DNA of 60,500 nt, filler included, from Fonticula-like sp. SCN 57-25 (taxonomy: Eukaryota), in assembly GCA_001724245.1 (NCBI GenBank). It is 10 parts of 10 records of this genome, joined end to end, with 100 filler letters (N's around TTAATTAATTAA, not from the genome) between each part and the next. Parts side by side here need not be neighbours in the genome. Positions count along the whole stretch, not along the records: positions 11,921 to 17,284 come from MEDX01000586.1; positions 17,385 to 22,739 come from MEDX01000587.1; 8 more parts are not named here. One strand, given 5' to 3'. Shown here in pieces: positions 12,014-22,839 of the stretch. Each line of letters starts with the position of its first letter. Position 1 is the first letter of the stretch. The position numbers and the translations under genes were made by a program. The notes beneath the pieces were generated by a model. It was not told the origin of the DNA and made no database searches. It saw only the letters and a list, made by a program, of their open reading frames with translations.

Positions 12014-12512
12014 ACAGATCCACAGGAGCGGGCGTGACCTTGCGCGGCTTTAGCACACTGTTCCTTTGCTGCGCATGATACAGTCCGTCGTTTCCTCTGT
12101 GTTCTACCCCTCTTTTCTTTATTTCCTGTTGTGGAGCGCGGGCGGGCCGGCGTAGTTTCGTTCGCCTGCCTGCCCGCGCTCCCTTCGTCAGCCTTTTGAT
12201 TCGTCTAGTCTGTTTCACATAAACGCTTGATTACCAAATTCTCTAGAGACATCTCTGAATAGTTTACGGTTTTGCCAAAAAGTAATAGACGTTTCTCTAT
12301 CTTAAACAGTAGATACACGTTCATAGTAGCACAGGGTACAGGGAGATTACATTGAAAACGTATCTTTTAAAGCCTCTTGTAATAGGCCAGAATGTCCCAA
12401 ATTGTCCAAATTTGCCTAAATTTTGGTTCATTTTGCTTCAATATTGGCGGGAATAGAAGATGTTTTCAAAAGGTCGATGATGGATCCTACAGCATTGTGA
12501 CAATCCTGTACG

Positions 12513-13679
12513 ATGTCGAAGCGGTCGGCGGAAGGAGATGGCGCTCCATGGAGCCTGATCGAGAGTGATCCCAGTACGCCTTGCACACTCTCTATCGTTC
12601 CATGTATTAACGCGGCAATAGCGACATTTTCTCAACTTATCCGGAGTATTGGCGTGCGCAATGTAGAGGTGGACGAGATATACTCGCTGGACGATGATTC
12701 GCTAGCGAGCCTGCCGCCCGTATACGGCGTAATATTCCTGTTCAAGTGGCGCGCCGATGCGCCTTCGCGGCAGCCGTCGTCGACGTCCACCGAAGGCATC
12801 GACGATGTTTACTTTGCTAGCCAGGTAATTGATAATGCGTGTGCGACGCAGGCTGTGCTGAGCGTCGTGCTGAATCGCCCCGACCTCGACATTGGCGATG
12901 ACCTGATCCACTTTAAAAACTTTACCGCCGACTTTCCGCCTGCGCTCAAGGGCCTTGCCATCAGCAATAGCGACCTTTTGCGCGAGGTGCACAACAGTTT
13001 TGCAAGCGACTCTTTCGCGCTCGATGCCGACCTCGATCTGATCCGCGGGTCGACCGGCGGCGGCGGTGTCAGCGCGGGCGCCACCGGCAAGAGCAACGAC
13101 ACGTACCACTTTATCAGCTACGTACCAGTGAATAACCACGTGTTCGAGCTTGACGGCCTGAGCGACGGGCCCGTCAATGTCGGCACGGTGGCGGATGGCG
13201 CTTCGTGGCTCGATGTCGTCCTGCCCGTGATCAAGGAGCGGATCAGCCAGCACACGCAGTCCGAGATCCGCTTCAACCTCATGGCCGTCGTCAAGGACCG
13301 CCGCGCCGTCGCCGCACAGGAGCTCCAGCGGCTGGAACTCGTGCGCGCTGCGCTCATGGCGCACATGCTCGCCCTGCGGGAGCCGCCGTCTGCCGAGCCC
13401 CCCGTGCTGCCCGATCTCGGCCCCCTGGCAGATCTTGCCGGTAACGAGGCGAGGCTCGTCGAGGCCGTGTCCGAGAACGAGCAGCAGCTTACCGAGCAGC
13501 GCAAGGTATTAAAGGCCGAAGAGGAGCGCGAGGAGGCGGCGCGGCTCGAGGGCGTCCGCAGGAAACACAATTACTACCCGTTCATCATCGAGCTGATCAA
13601 GATCCTCGGCGCAAAGGGCGAGCTCGCGCCGCTGATTTCGCGCGCGAAGGCGAGGGCGGGAAAGTCGGCGCTCAGGTGA
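12513..13679 (+). CDS. UCHL5: Ubiquitin C-terminal hydrolase UCH37/UCHL5
   Basis: WSLIESDP, QVIDNACATQA, YHFISYVP, ELDGL, IRFNLMAVV, RRKHNYYPFI; one 48-nt in-frame intron near 12575. Confidence 0.95.
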   Translation: MSKRSAEGDGAPWSLIESDPSTPCTLSIVPCINAAIATFSQLIRSIGVRNVEVDEIYSLDDDSLASLPPVYGVIFLFKWRADAPSRQPSSTSTEGIDDVYFASQVIDNACATQAVLSVVLNRPDLDIGDDLIHFKNFTADFPPALKGLAISNSDLLREVHNSFASDSFALDADLDLIRGSTGGGGVSAGATGKSNDTYHFISYVPVNNHVFELDGLSDGPVNVGTVADGASWLDVVLPVIKERISQHTQSEIRFNLMAVVKDRRAVAAQELQRLELVRAALMAHMLALREPPSAEPPVLPDLGPLADLAGNEARLVEAVSENEQQLTEQRKVLKAEEEREEAARLEGVRRKHNYYPFIIELIKILGAKGELAPLISRAKARAGKSALR

Positions 13680-13902
13680 ATGTACGTAAGTTGAATGTAA
13701 GAGAATGTTTTTGTTTGTCGTGCGGCATCAGTGTGTAGGGGCATCATTGTGGAATAAAAGATCAACACTATATTGTGAACAACAGTAGCGGCCAGCCGGC
13801 CGACGGGAACAATGCACACGGGAAGAACGAAAAAACAAAACGACGACTACCGTAACAACAACACGACATATACTCACTAGTGAGCTATTCTCTTTTCTTG
13901 CC

Positions 13903-14681
13903 TTAGTTTACCGCGATGGACGGCACGGACGTGGCGGCGGCGAGCTTCTTCTTGAGCTCGTCGATCTCCTCGAGCAGCGACTTGTTGGTCTGCTCGAGCA
14001 GCTCGATCTTGCCCTCGACGTCGCGAATGTACTGCTTCTTTTTCCGGCGGCACTCCTTTGCAGCCACGCGGTTCTTTATCAAGCGCCGCGACTTTTTGGC
14101 AATCTGATCGTCCGCGACAACGCCCGGGCCCGTCGGGAGCATCATCTTTGACGAGAGCACGCCGCCGGGGCCCGCCGTCGCCGGCTTGGGGAGCATCCCG
14201 TGCGACTGCGCGAGAAGAGCAGGGTTCATCGAGTACCCGTTGGGCATCAGCCCGACATTCGCCGCCTGCTGCATGCTGAGCACCTGCGTCGGCGAGAGCG
14301 GGATGCCATTGAGATTGGCCGAGGCGGCGGCGGCAGCGGCGGCCGCCATGTTGCCGGTCGATCCCGCGCCGCTCGTCTTGCGCCCATTGTGGCGCGGCCC
14401 ACCGGCGACAGAGACATCCTTGCCACCGGCGGGCGATCCGGGGAGACCGGGGCCCGCCCACAATTCACGGAAAGCGGCGCGCTTCATGATGCGCTCTAGG
14501 GGGTCGCCCGAGGCGCCAGACTCGTCGCCAACATCCTTGGCAGCATTGTAGGGATCGCTCTCGGCGTCCTATTTGGTAATGCGCCACGGTCAGATGGCGG
14601 TCATATAAGGGGAGTCAGCGTGATGCGCACCACAAGTGAGCCGCGGGGATCCTCCATAACAGCCGTGCCCTTCTCCTCCAT
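13903..14681 (-). CDS. CREB: CREB/CREM/ATF1-type bZIP transcription factor
   Basis: Basic zipper RRLIKNRVAAKECRRKKKQYIRDVEGKIELLEQTNKSLLEEIDELK; first exon from ATG 14681 spliced at a GTGCGC..TAG intron; KID-like LERIMKRAAFRELW. Confidence 0.85.
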
Positions 14682-14975
14682 CAAGCAAGAAAAACAACGA
14701 GAAAAAAGACGGCTTCTATGTGCAAGACAGCCGCCACGTGAATGCGAAAGCAAACGTGCTAGACACCCTCGCTGGTCTCGCGCAGGTTATAGCGTTTGAA
14801 ATTATTTGGCGGGTGCCACTTGCAATCCTCGCAAGAGTGAAAACTGCTGCCCAACCGTCGCTGTGCGCGTCAGCGGTGACGACGAAGTCGACGAAAACGG
14901 GGTGTGATGAGTCTGTCCCCCCGAAAAATGCTTTTGCAGAGGGATGAACAAGGGGGGGTACACATTCCTCCCCTC

Positions 14976-15024
14976 ATACGTCACCAGTGACGCCATTGGA
15001 CCGACTGTGACGTCGCTGACGTCA
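14976..15024. promoter_or_regulatory. Cluster of four CRE/CRE-like sites upstream of the CREB-like gene
   Basis: ATACGTCA 14976, TGACGCCA 14988, TGACGTCG 15008, perfect TGACGTCA 15017; CACGTG boxes at 15086 and 15106. Confidence 0.6.
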
Positions 15025-15184
15025 TAGGGGCATCTATGGCGTGGCTGCAACCTCGGAGTCCAGGGTGGATTTGGGGAAAGCTGTCCACGTGGGTAGAATT
15101 ACGCCCACGTGGTTGTCTGCACTCTGCAAGGTTGGCAAGCTAGCTGCTAGCTGCACACGGGGGGTAAAAGGGATCTCGCGTGCG

Positions 15185-17284
15185 ATGTCTGTGCATGCCG
15201 AGAACGAGTGGGAAGACGAGCCGTTGCTGGACGGGGCCGACTCTGATGACGAGTTTCCATTAGACGATGTTGCAGGTTACAAGCCGCCCGCAAAGGACAA
15301 GGGACGTGGGCTTTGCAAGCGGTGCCTGCCGACATCCCGCAGGGGATGGTTCTGTGCGATCTTGAGCACCATTGTACTTTTAGTATTGCTCGGCTTTGGC
15401 ATTTCATTCCTTGTTTACTTTTTATGTCTCGGCACCCCTACGTTTCAAGTAACGCATCTTCACATCAAGGATCTGTGCTCGACGACGCTCGAGCTTGATC
15501 TTGACGTCGAAGCTGCCATCGGGTGCACATCCCTCCACGTGAACAAGGTCCATGTCTCCTTGCTTGACGCGTCTGGTACCACCGCCATTACTGGCTCGAC
15601 GCCCAGTGACTGGTCGACGACCATCTCCAACTCTGACACGCTCAAAAAGATCCCCGCGACCGTCTCCTTTGACCCCGCCGGCATCGCCGTCGCGCGCGAT
15701 CTTCTCCAAACATACGCGCTCAACCTCCCCATGGACGAGTTCAATTATACCTTGGTTGTTGACTTTGACGTCGGCGTCTCTTTCATCCGCGTCGCCGAGC
15801 AGATCACCCTCAGCTGGGCCGATCTCCTGAGCCGCCCTGCCCCGCCGCCGCCGCCGTCCGAGCCAGGCCCTTCTCCGCCGCCCGGCAGCAACAGCACGAA
15901 ACCAGCGCCTCCCGTCGGTGTCCGCGTGGACAGCTCTGCATGGGGCGAAAACCTTAACATGAACATTTCGTTGTTTGGCGACGCTTTAACGTCCTTTGTG
16001 ACGATCGGCTCACTGCCGGCGGTCCCTCTTCGCGTCCTCTCGAGCGACAGCGTGCTCGCTCACCTTCAAAGCACATCACCCTCACTTTCCTCTGGCGGCG
16101 AGCTCGGCCTATTTTTATCGCTCCCCGTCGGCCAGGACGTCTACTTTATGCTGCACAACCACCCGACATACGCGCGCTACCCCATCTGGTTCTCTGCCTC
16201 TGAACAAGAAGCGCCGACGTGCCTCGCCGCCCAAATTGTCGACGGCCTGACACTCCCATTGGACGCCTCAAAAGACCTTTGGGCACTTTTGTATTCGATC
16301 CGGATCGAGCCATCGTCCCCTACGTCGCTTCGCTTTGCCTTTGGCGGCAATACATCTCAATCGATCGTCGACGCGGCCATTTCCGCCGCCGGCGCCGCCA
16401 CCGCCGCCATTCAACCGCGCCTCTGGATGAGCCTCTTCCCCTCTGGCAGCCAATGCCAGCTCGCCACGCGCGCACTCACCGTCGAAATCGCCCTCTACAT
16501 TGGCGGCGCGGCAAATTCCCTCAACGCATCCATCGACTTTGTCGCCGGCGACGACGTGGCGGCGATGCGCGACTATATTTTAACGCCCGCGTGGTCGCTC
16601 GGCACTATAAACGACGTTGATTGGACGGTTGAAATCGCCACGGCAGAGGACGGCGGCGATCGGCGCATGCTGTATGCCTGTGAACGTCGACCAACGGCGA
16701 ATGTCACGTGGGTGCATGATGCGCTGGATGCCATGTGGCGCAGTCCGAGTTTGAAGGATGCGCCGCTTGCTGCTGTGAGTTCGTCGAGTATTGCTACGTC
16801 GGCGATTATTCTGCAGGCGGTGTTTGGTTGGGTGCCGCAGATAAGCATTCCTGATATTCGATTCAAGTTTGACTATGACGATGGTACGATGAAGGAGATG
16901 AGATAGGCTTAGATATGTATGGATGTATGGGTGTGCTTGCTATTTGTGTACATGTGCCATGTATACTTTATATGATATCTATTCATCTACTGTGTATGAT
17001 CATATGTGTACATCTATAGTGTATATTCATCTACTGTGATATGATATATCATATCTGACCATCTACTGTATGATATCATACATGTATTTTTATCCATCTA
17101 TTGTGTGATATCATACATGTTTCTGACCATATTTCATATCTATTTCTGACCATCTACGCTCATATTTACTCATGTTCTCTCCACGTTTAGATGGCACACT
17201 ATCTACTATGGCCGATCTTTCCGTCAAACAAGGCGTCTCTGCCTTTGGCGACATCCAATTCAACTCTGCCTCTGGCCTATTCAC
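15185..17284 (+). CDS. Type II membrane protein with acidic dileucine signal and LEA2-like beta-rich luminal region; 3' truncated
   Basis: EDEPLL sorting motif, single TM segment, long ORF to an intron at ~16885-17190. Confidence 0.6.
16910..17170. repeat. AT-rich degenerate intronic minisatellite
   Basis: Recurrent ATCTACTGT(G/A)..ATGATATC(ATACATGT) units inside the long intron. Confidence 0.5.
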
Positions 17285-17384
17285 NNNNNNNNNNNNNNNN
17301 NNNNNNNNNNNNNNNNNNNNNNNNNNNNTTAATTAATTAANNNNNNNNNNNNNNNNNNNNNNNNNNNNNNNNNNNNNNNNNNNN

Positions 17385-17850
17385 GGTTACGCGTCGGGCG
17401 ACAGATGGGCCGCGCCGTCCCGTCGATGAAGCCCCAGCACACGCCAAGCGGGGCGTTCTGGTCCGACACGGCCCTGGCAAAGGCCGCAAGCCTGGGCCCC
17501 TCGTCGGACAGCGCACTCGCCGATCGTTGGAAATCCCGGACCAGATCGTCGAAGCGGTTGGGGTAGGCCATCCTGCGCAGCGCAATCACGAGCGCCTCAA
17601 TACTGTAGAAGACACCTGGCAATGCGAACCCGGTTGCGGGTCGTGAAGGTTGCTTCCCACCTCAAAGCATCGACGATCTGGCACAGTTCCGGGATCGAGA
17701 AGCGGAGCTCTCGATACGAGCGCTCCGCATCTCTCTCGTACACGGCGAGATCGCGTACGCCGGGATGAGCGGGCGCTCGATCCAGCGACGCCTGCGCTCA
17801 GCCATGTACCGTTCATAGTCGGTGACCGCTGCAATGGCCAGCGACAATTA
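17385..17850 (-). mobile_element. Degenerate PIF/Harbinger-type (DDE_Tnp_4) transposase fragment
   Basis: LRFSIPEL...TRNR / EALVIALRRMAYPNRFDDL...CWGFIDGTARPICRP; 13-nt frameshifting insertion and an apparent internal deletion. Confidence 0.8.
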
Positions 17851-18016
17851 CCGCAGGCGAGCGACCGCATGTGGTCTTTTGTATCCTATAATAAAGTACC
17901 CAAAAGTCTATTGATACAATTACTGTATGTTACAACCGTATGTTACATCATCCATAATCAAAACACTCTAGCAATACACATGTCTAAAAGGCGCTACAAA
18001 AAGCGCACTTTTATAG

Positions 18017-19283
18017 TTATTTCCACTTTTTCGGCGACATTGGGAGCGCTGGCGCCCTCATGTGGCGGCGCTCGACGGCCGCCCTGCCGCGCTCGAAGTT
18101 CCTCTTAAGGAATGGCTTTGGCGCCCGCGGCGCCGCCTCGGCGTCACCATCATCCTCTACGACGGGCGCCACGAGCACGCGGTAGCACCGCTGCTGCGCG
18201 GCAAAGTAGAGGTTTCCGATGTTGAGCACGCGTCGCCGCATCGGGCCGCACACGGCGCGCGCCACGAGCACGTCCATCGGCGCGGGCGGCGGAAGATCGT
18301 GGATCACGAGACGGTGCGCGAGCGGCCACACGCCGTCAAACTGGATGAGCGTCCCGGGCGGGGGAAGCGACGACGTGAGCGGCGGCATGTCGCTCGGGAT
18401 CACAGGTCCGCTCGGACGAGGTTTAACTTGAGGGGCAGCTCCAGTAGGGGCAATGGGAGCCAGCGGGCGGAGAGGGCGCGCCGCGGCCGAGTCGGGGGAA
18501 GTGCCTGGAAAAGTACCGGGGAAGGAGCCTGGGAAGGGGGCCGAGGTGGGCACGAAATCCTCATCGTCATCGTCATACAACAATCGCCGGCGTCCGCGAT
18601 GCGAGTGCCGACTATCGCCGTCGCGGTCGTCATCGTCGTCATCATCGCGAGGGCGAGGCGCCAGGGCAGAGTTACGATTATACGCGGCGACTGGCACTGG
18701 CAGCGCCGTCGCATGCGCTGCGGCGGGAAAAGGATTCCGCGCGGGCGACGCCAGGTCCGCCAGCGGGTCAGCGTCATCATAGTCGTCCTCGTCAAAATGA
18801 TGGTGCGAGCGATATTGGGGTACCGGCATGGCTACCGCAGCATTGTAGGCGCCGCGTCCCCTGCCTCGCCCGCGCCCGCGCCCTCTCCCGCGCCCTCTTC
18901 CGCGGGTCGGCCCCTGGGCAGCGGGGAGCGGAGGCGGCGGGAGCTCGCTCCGATTGAACACGAGCGGAGGGGCCTTGGGAAGGCGCTTCTTGCGCACAGG
19001 CGCACCGTCGGCCGGCGACGACGGCGAAGGAGACGTTTCAGCACTGGTTGGTAGCGATGACGCCGCTGCCGATGAAGACGCAGGCGCCGCCAAGCTCGAG
19101 CTGGACTCTAGCCGCGCCGGCCTAATGGTGCCATCAGTGAGACAAACAACTACTAAAACGAAACACGCACAGTTGCTTGAACAGCTGCGACACTTCGGCA
19201 GGGTTGTTTGGAAGAGCGTTCGTATCGTACTGCCTCAAAAGCAGCTTGAACGCATCGCGAATGGCGCCCGGATCGACCGACAT
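18017..19283 (-). CDS. Pro/Asp-rich protein with (RG)n tract, function unknown
   Basis: Exon 1 MSVDPGAIRDAFKLLL...KQL spliced at GTGCGT..TAG in frame into ORF 18017-19093; RGRGRGRGRGRGRGRG. Confidence 0.6.
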
Positions 19284-19960
19284 GGCGCGCACACCGCGCG
19301 AAACCAGAATCCCGCCAAAAAAGAAAAAGCAAACTGCAAATCAGTTTTCAGATTGCATCGATTGTGGTGCGTGCGGCGGCGCGGGCTGCTGCGGGGCGCC
19401 GCACCCCGGAATGCGGGGAAATACAGCTTAAACGGTGCCAGTTTCAATGTCGGCTCGCAAATGGCAGCTGACTCTATAACGTCGGCGCGTAATTTTGGTT
19501 GGACGAAATAGAGCACGTAGTTCGGCGGCTGCGCTCGCGCCAATCGCCTGCTTGATGATGCCGACATTATGGTGGCCCATTTTGCACAAGTGGATCGCAA
19601 AATTAAGTATCATAATATATATTATTCCTTGTAAAAGGACGCCTCAGTGGGCAACAACAATACAACGTTAACTGGTAAAGTGGAGCGGGCGAGCTACCCG
19701 TCGGCCACTACAAAATAGAAAACTAAATACTCTGACCAAGCGGCTGGAGAAATGCAAATATAAAACTACATGGTCCTTTTCAACACGAAAAGAACACAAA
19801 AGAGCACGCCGCAGTATCGTCGCAAAGACGCCTTAAATTAAACTACACTATGAAAAACACATAATCAATCAATAATCAACCGGTGGCGGCTACTAAAACA
19901 TACGTGGCACCACAAGCGTGGCACAATGGCACAACAGAAAGACGTAAATAAACAGCCGGC

Positions 19961-20701
19961 TCATTCAAACACCTCCACCTGAAGGATGACATTCTCGGTG
20001 AGCCCATTGAGCATAGCGCACGTTTCGTCGTCCATGGGCATGACGTTCTGCTCCAAAAAGTAGTTTACCGACGCCCGGTCGACAAAGAGGTCAAAGCGCA
20101 GGACCGTCAAAAAGTCCATCTCCATCATGCTAATCTCGCTGAGCGAAAACAGCCCGCTCGCCTTGGCCCACGCCTTGTTCGTGAGGCTCTGGTCGTTGAG
20201 GAATTTCGACGCAAGCATGAGCGACACCATAAAGAGCCGGTGGCGCGTGTCGTGCGAGCCGACCGACGCGGGCGACAAGTGCGCCTTGAACCGCCCGATG
20301 TAGATCATGGCCACAGCGAGCGTGAACGCATTCACCGGGGTGCGCTTCACGACGCCGCTAATGAAAGAGTGCAGCGAGGGGATCTGCGCAGATGCAGGGG
20401 ACGGCTTGCAAGAGCCTTCCAAAACCGACTCCATCGTGCACACGGCAAAGTCAATAAGACGCGGCGGCATGTAGCACACAAAGGCGCAGCTGCGCGACCC
20501 GCGGCGGCCTTGCCGCGGGCCGCCGCTCAGCGACGACTGCGACCCTTTCAGCTGCGATTGCTGCTGCTGCTGCTGCTGCTGCTGCTGGGCATGCTGCTGC
20601 GGCTGCTGTTGCTGCTGCTGCTGAGGAGAGTTATTCCAAAAGGAGAGCCGCGAGAAGGCGTCCAAAAAGACAGGTACGAATGGAAGCGCGGCCACCGACA
20701 T
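19961..20701 (-). CDS. PHO80/Pcl-family cyclin with poly-Q tract
   Basis: IPSLHSFISGVVKRT...TLAVAMIYIGR...HRLFMVSLMLASKFLND...NKAWA...EISMMEMDFLTVLRFDL. Confidence 0.9.
   Translation of the reverse strand: MSVAALPFVPVFLDAFSRLSFWNNSPQQQQQQQPQQHAQQQQQQQQQQSQLKGSQSSLSGGPRQGRRGSRSCAFVCYMPPRLIDFAVCTMESVLEGSCKPSPASAQIPSLHSFISGVVKRTPVNAFTLAVAMIYIGRFKAHLSPASVGSHDTRHRLFMVSLMLASKFLNDQSLTNKAWAKASGLFSLSEISMMEMDFLTVLRFDLFVDRASVNYFLEQNVMPMDDETCAMLNGLTENVILQVEVFE
20558..20623 (-). repeat. CAG trinucleotide repeat encoding poly-Q
   Basis: (CTG)n on the + strand inside the cyclin CDS. Confidence 0.9.
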
Positions 20702-22839
20702 TCTCGAGCCAGTCGTAGATTCGATCAAGAAACCGCCGTTCTACGGGCACAACAACAAGAAAACGAGGTCTGGTCAAGGCCCCTAGTACGCGGGAGCAAT
20801 CCGCGTATGTCTGCCGTGCGCCAGCAGAGCTTCAGTACTCCCGCCAGTAAAGTGCCAACGCTCACCTGATGGCGTCAGCAGGATGGCAGACAATCAAAAC
20901 AAAGCAGAGAGGCACCCCCTCTGAGAAACAACAACGCGCGGCGAGCGGATTACAATCCAAGGGGGGGAATATGTGGGGTTCCCTGCAGCGAGGTCAAGAC
21001 GGCGTAGTGCACTCCGCGTTTTTTACACTACAGAAGTTTCTGGGGAGGGCTATCCGACTCGGAAAATGTCATTCGTCCGCGTCGTCATCGAATCCTCAAT
21101 CCCAAAAAAGGTAGCCCCTAGTTAGCATTCTGTTTCTTCTAAAGGCAACAGCGGAACGCCCTGATTGGCCGATGATCAAGGGGCGTTTCAGAGGCATCCA
21201 AAGATGCCCAAATTCGGACTGGATCTCTCCGATGCGGCAACTATCGATACACTGCAGCAGGCCTGTGACACGTAACATCCCGATTAACACCGATCCGGAT
21301 CGAAGTGTGGGACGACTCCAGCGGGCTGCTGCTGCCCGCGCCCCGGCTGCTACCACGTTGCCGCGATGACGTAATATTGTGCGCCCACTGTGTAGAGTAG
21401 TCGCGCTGGCCTCTGTCGGGTGGCATTATGAGATCCTGCAAGTTTCATTTTATACGGATGCCCTGGACAGCGTTGGTGCGATTGGCCGCCGCAGCTGGTT
21501 GATAGGGGTGGCTAGATGGGCCAACGCGCTCAGCGTGTCCACGGGGCACCGAGCGCGTTTCCTTTTTGGCCAAGGGTCGCGATCTGCTCAAATTTACAGT
21601 TTTTTGAGCGACGCTGTGACGCGCTTAGTTCTGAGCAGCGGCGATGCGTCAGCAGAGATCTCGACCTCCGCGCCATCCGTGATGCGGCTCCCATCCGCGC
21701 AGCGCTACCATGCGCTTGCTGCCATTTTATTACCTTTTGTTGTGCTGTTCATGGCCTTTCTTGTCGCTTGTGCAAGGGGCTCGCACCAGCGAGCCCGAAA
21801 GCACGATGTTGCAGGCTGTTTGTGGATGGTCAAACTAAAGCCATCAGATAAGTGAATATATTGATCACAGAAACCACGCTCCACAACACATTCGCATATC
21901 ATACTACAATATTTGCGTATATACCGGTTGCTGTAAATTAGACTTCCGATACCACTAACAATGAACGCGCGATCAACCCAAGGTACCACCACGTCATCGC
22001 TCGAACATCATCTTACGTGACAACCAGTCACCTCGGCCGATGTCGCGGACGGCAATACTGAAAGTCTCAAAATATGGTCAACAACAGTAAGGGTTCACGA
22101 TTGGACTTCAACGGTGAGGGCTAACCCAGTGCCGTTGGTGATTGCCGTCGACGAAATTTCAACCTTGCTGCGATGTCCCAAGGTAGGGACATGGCACGAG
22201 ACAAAACTGCAACCACACGCTAAGCGGCGGAGCGTCCTCAGTTGATGTTGGCATCAAATGGTATCGAATAAAAGACAAGCGCGAAAACATGGTCCGAATC
22301 GAGATGCGAGGATTGTCGACGACGTGGAATGTCGACGGCGACCATGCCATTGGTTCGATTCGTGATTGCGATGGGATGCCAATTGCCCCATCTGCCACCC
22401 ACGCGCAATCTTGATCAACATAATTCAGGAGGTAAAGACGACAGGCCTGAATTCGCCGCAACGAACCTCACGTAGCGCGATTCATGGTGGTCGGCTGTCA
22501 AACGGCTGCCAAACGGCGGCGAGAGAAAAGAACGAAACTGTTGATTTGTGGCGACCAATCACGAATGTCCAAAACGAGTAGTCCAATCATATCGCTCCTA
22601 GCCATGAATACGCGGAAATGGTTGGTCCGCTGCTGAACCGCCACGAGCTAGACCCATGCGCCAGGTTGACTATCAGAAATAATAAGAATTGAACAGTGAT
22701 TGAATGGCCTTTTGTAGACTAAAATGATGGCTGCAGAGTNNNNNNNNNNNNNNNNNNNNNNNNNNNNNNNNNNNNNNNNNNNNTTAATTAATTAANNNNN
22801 NNNNNNNNNNNNNNNNNNNNNNNNNNNNNNNNNNNNNNN

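Noticed and set aside
20730-22739. Short ORFs upstream of the cyclin gene
   Set aside because: No coherent splice pattern, codon bias or motifs; probably 5' UTR and regulatory DNA
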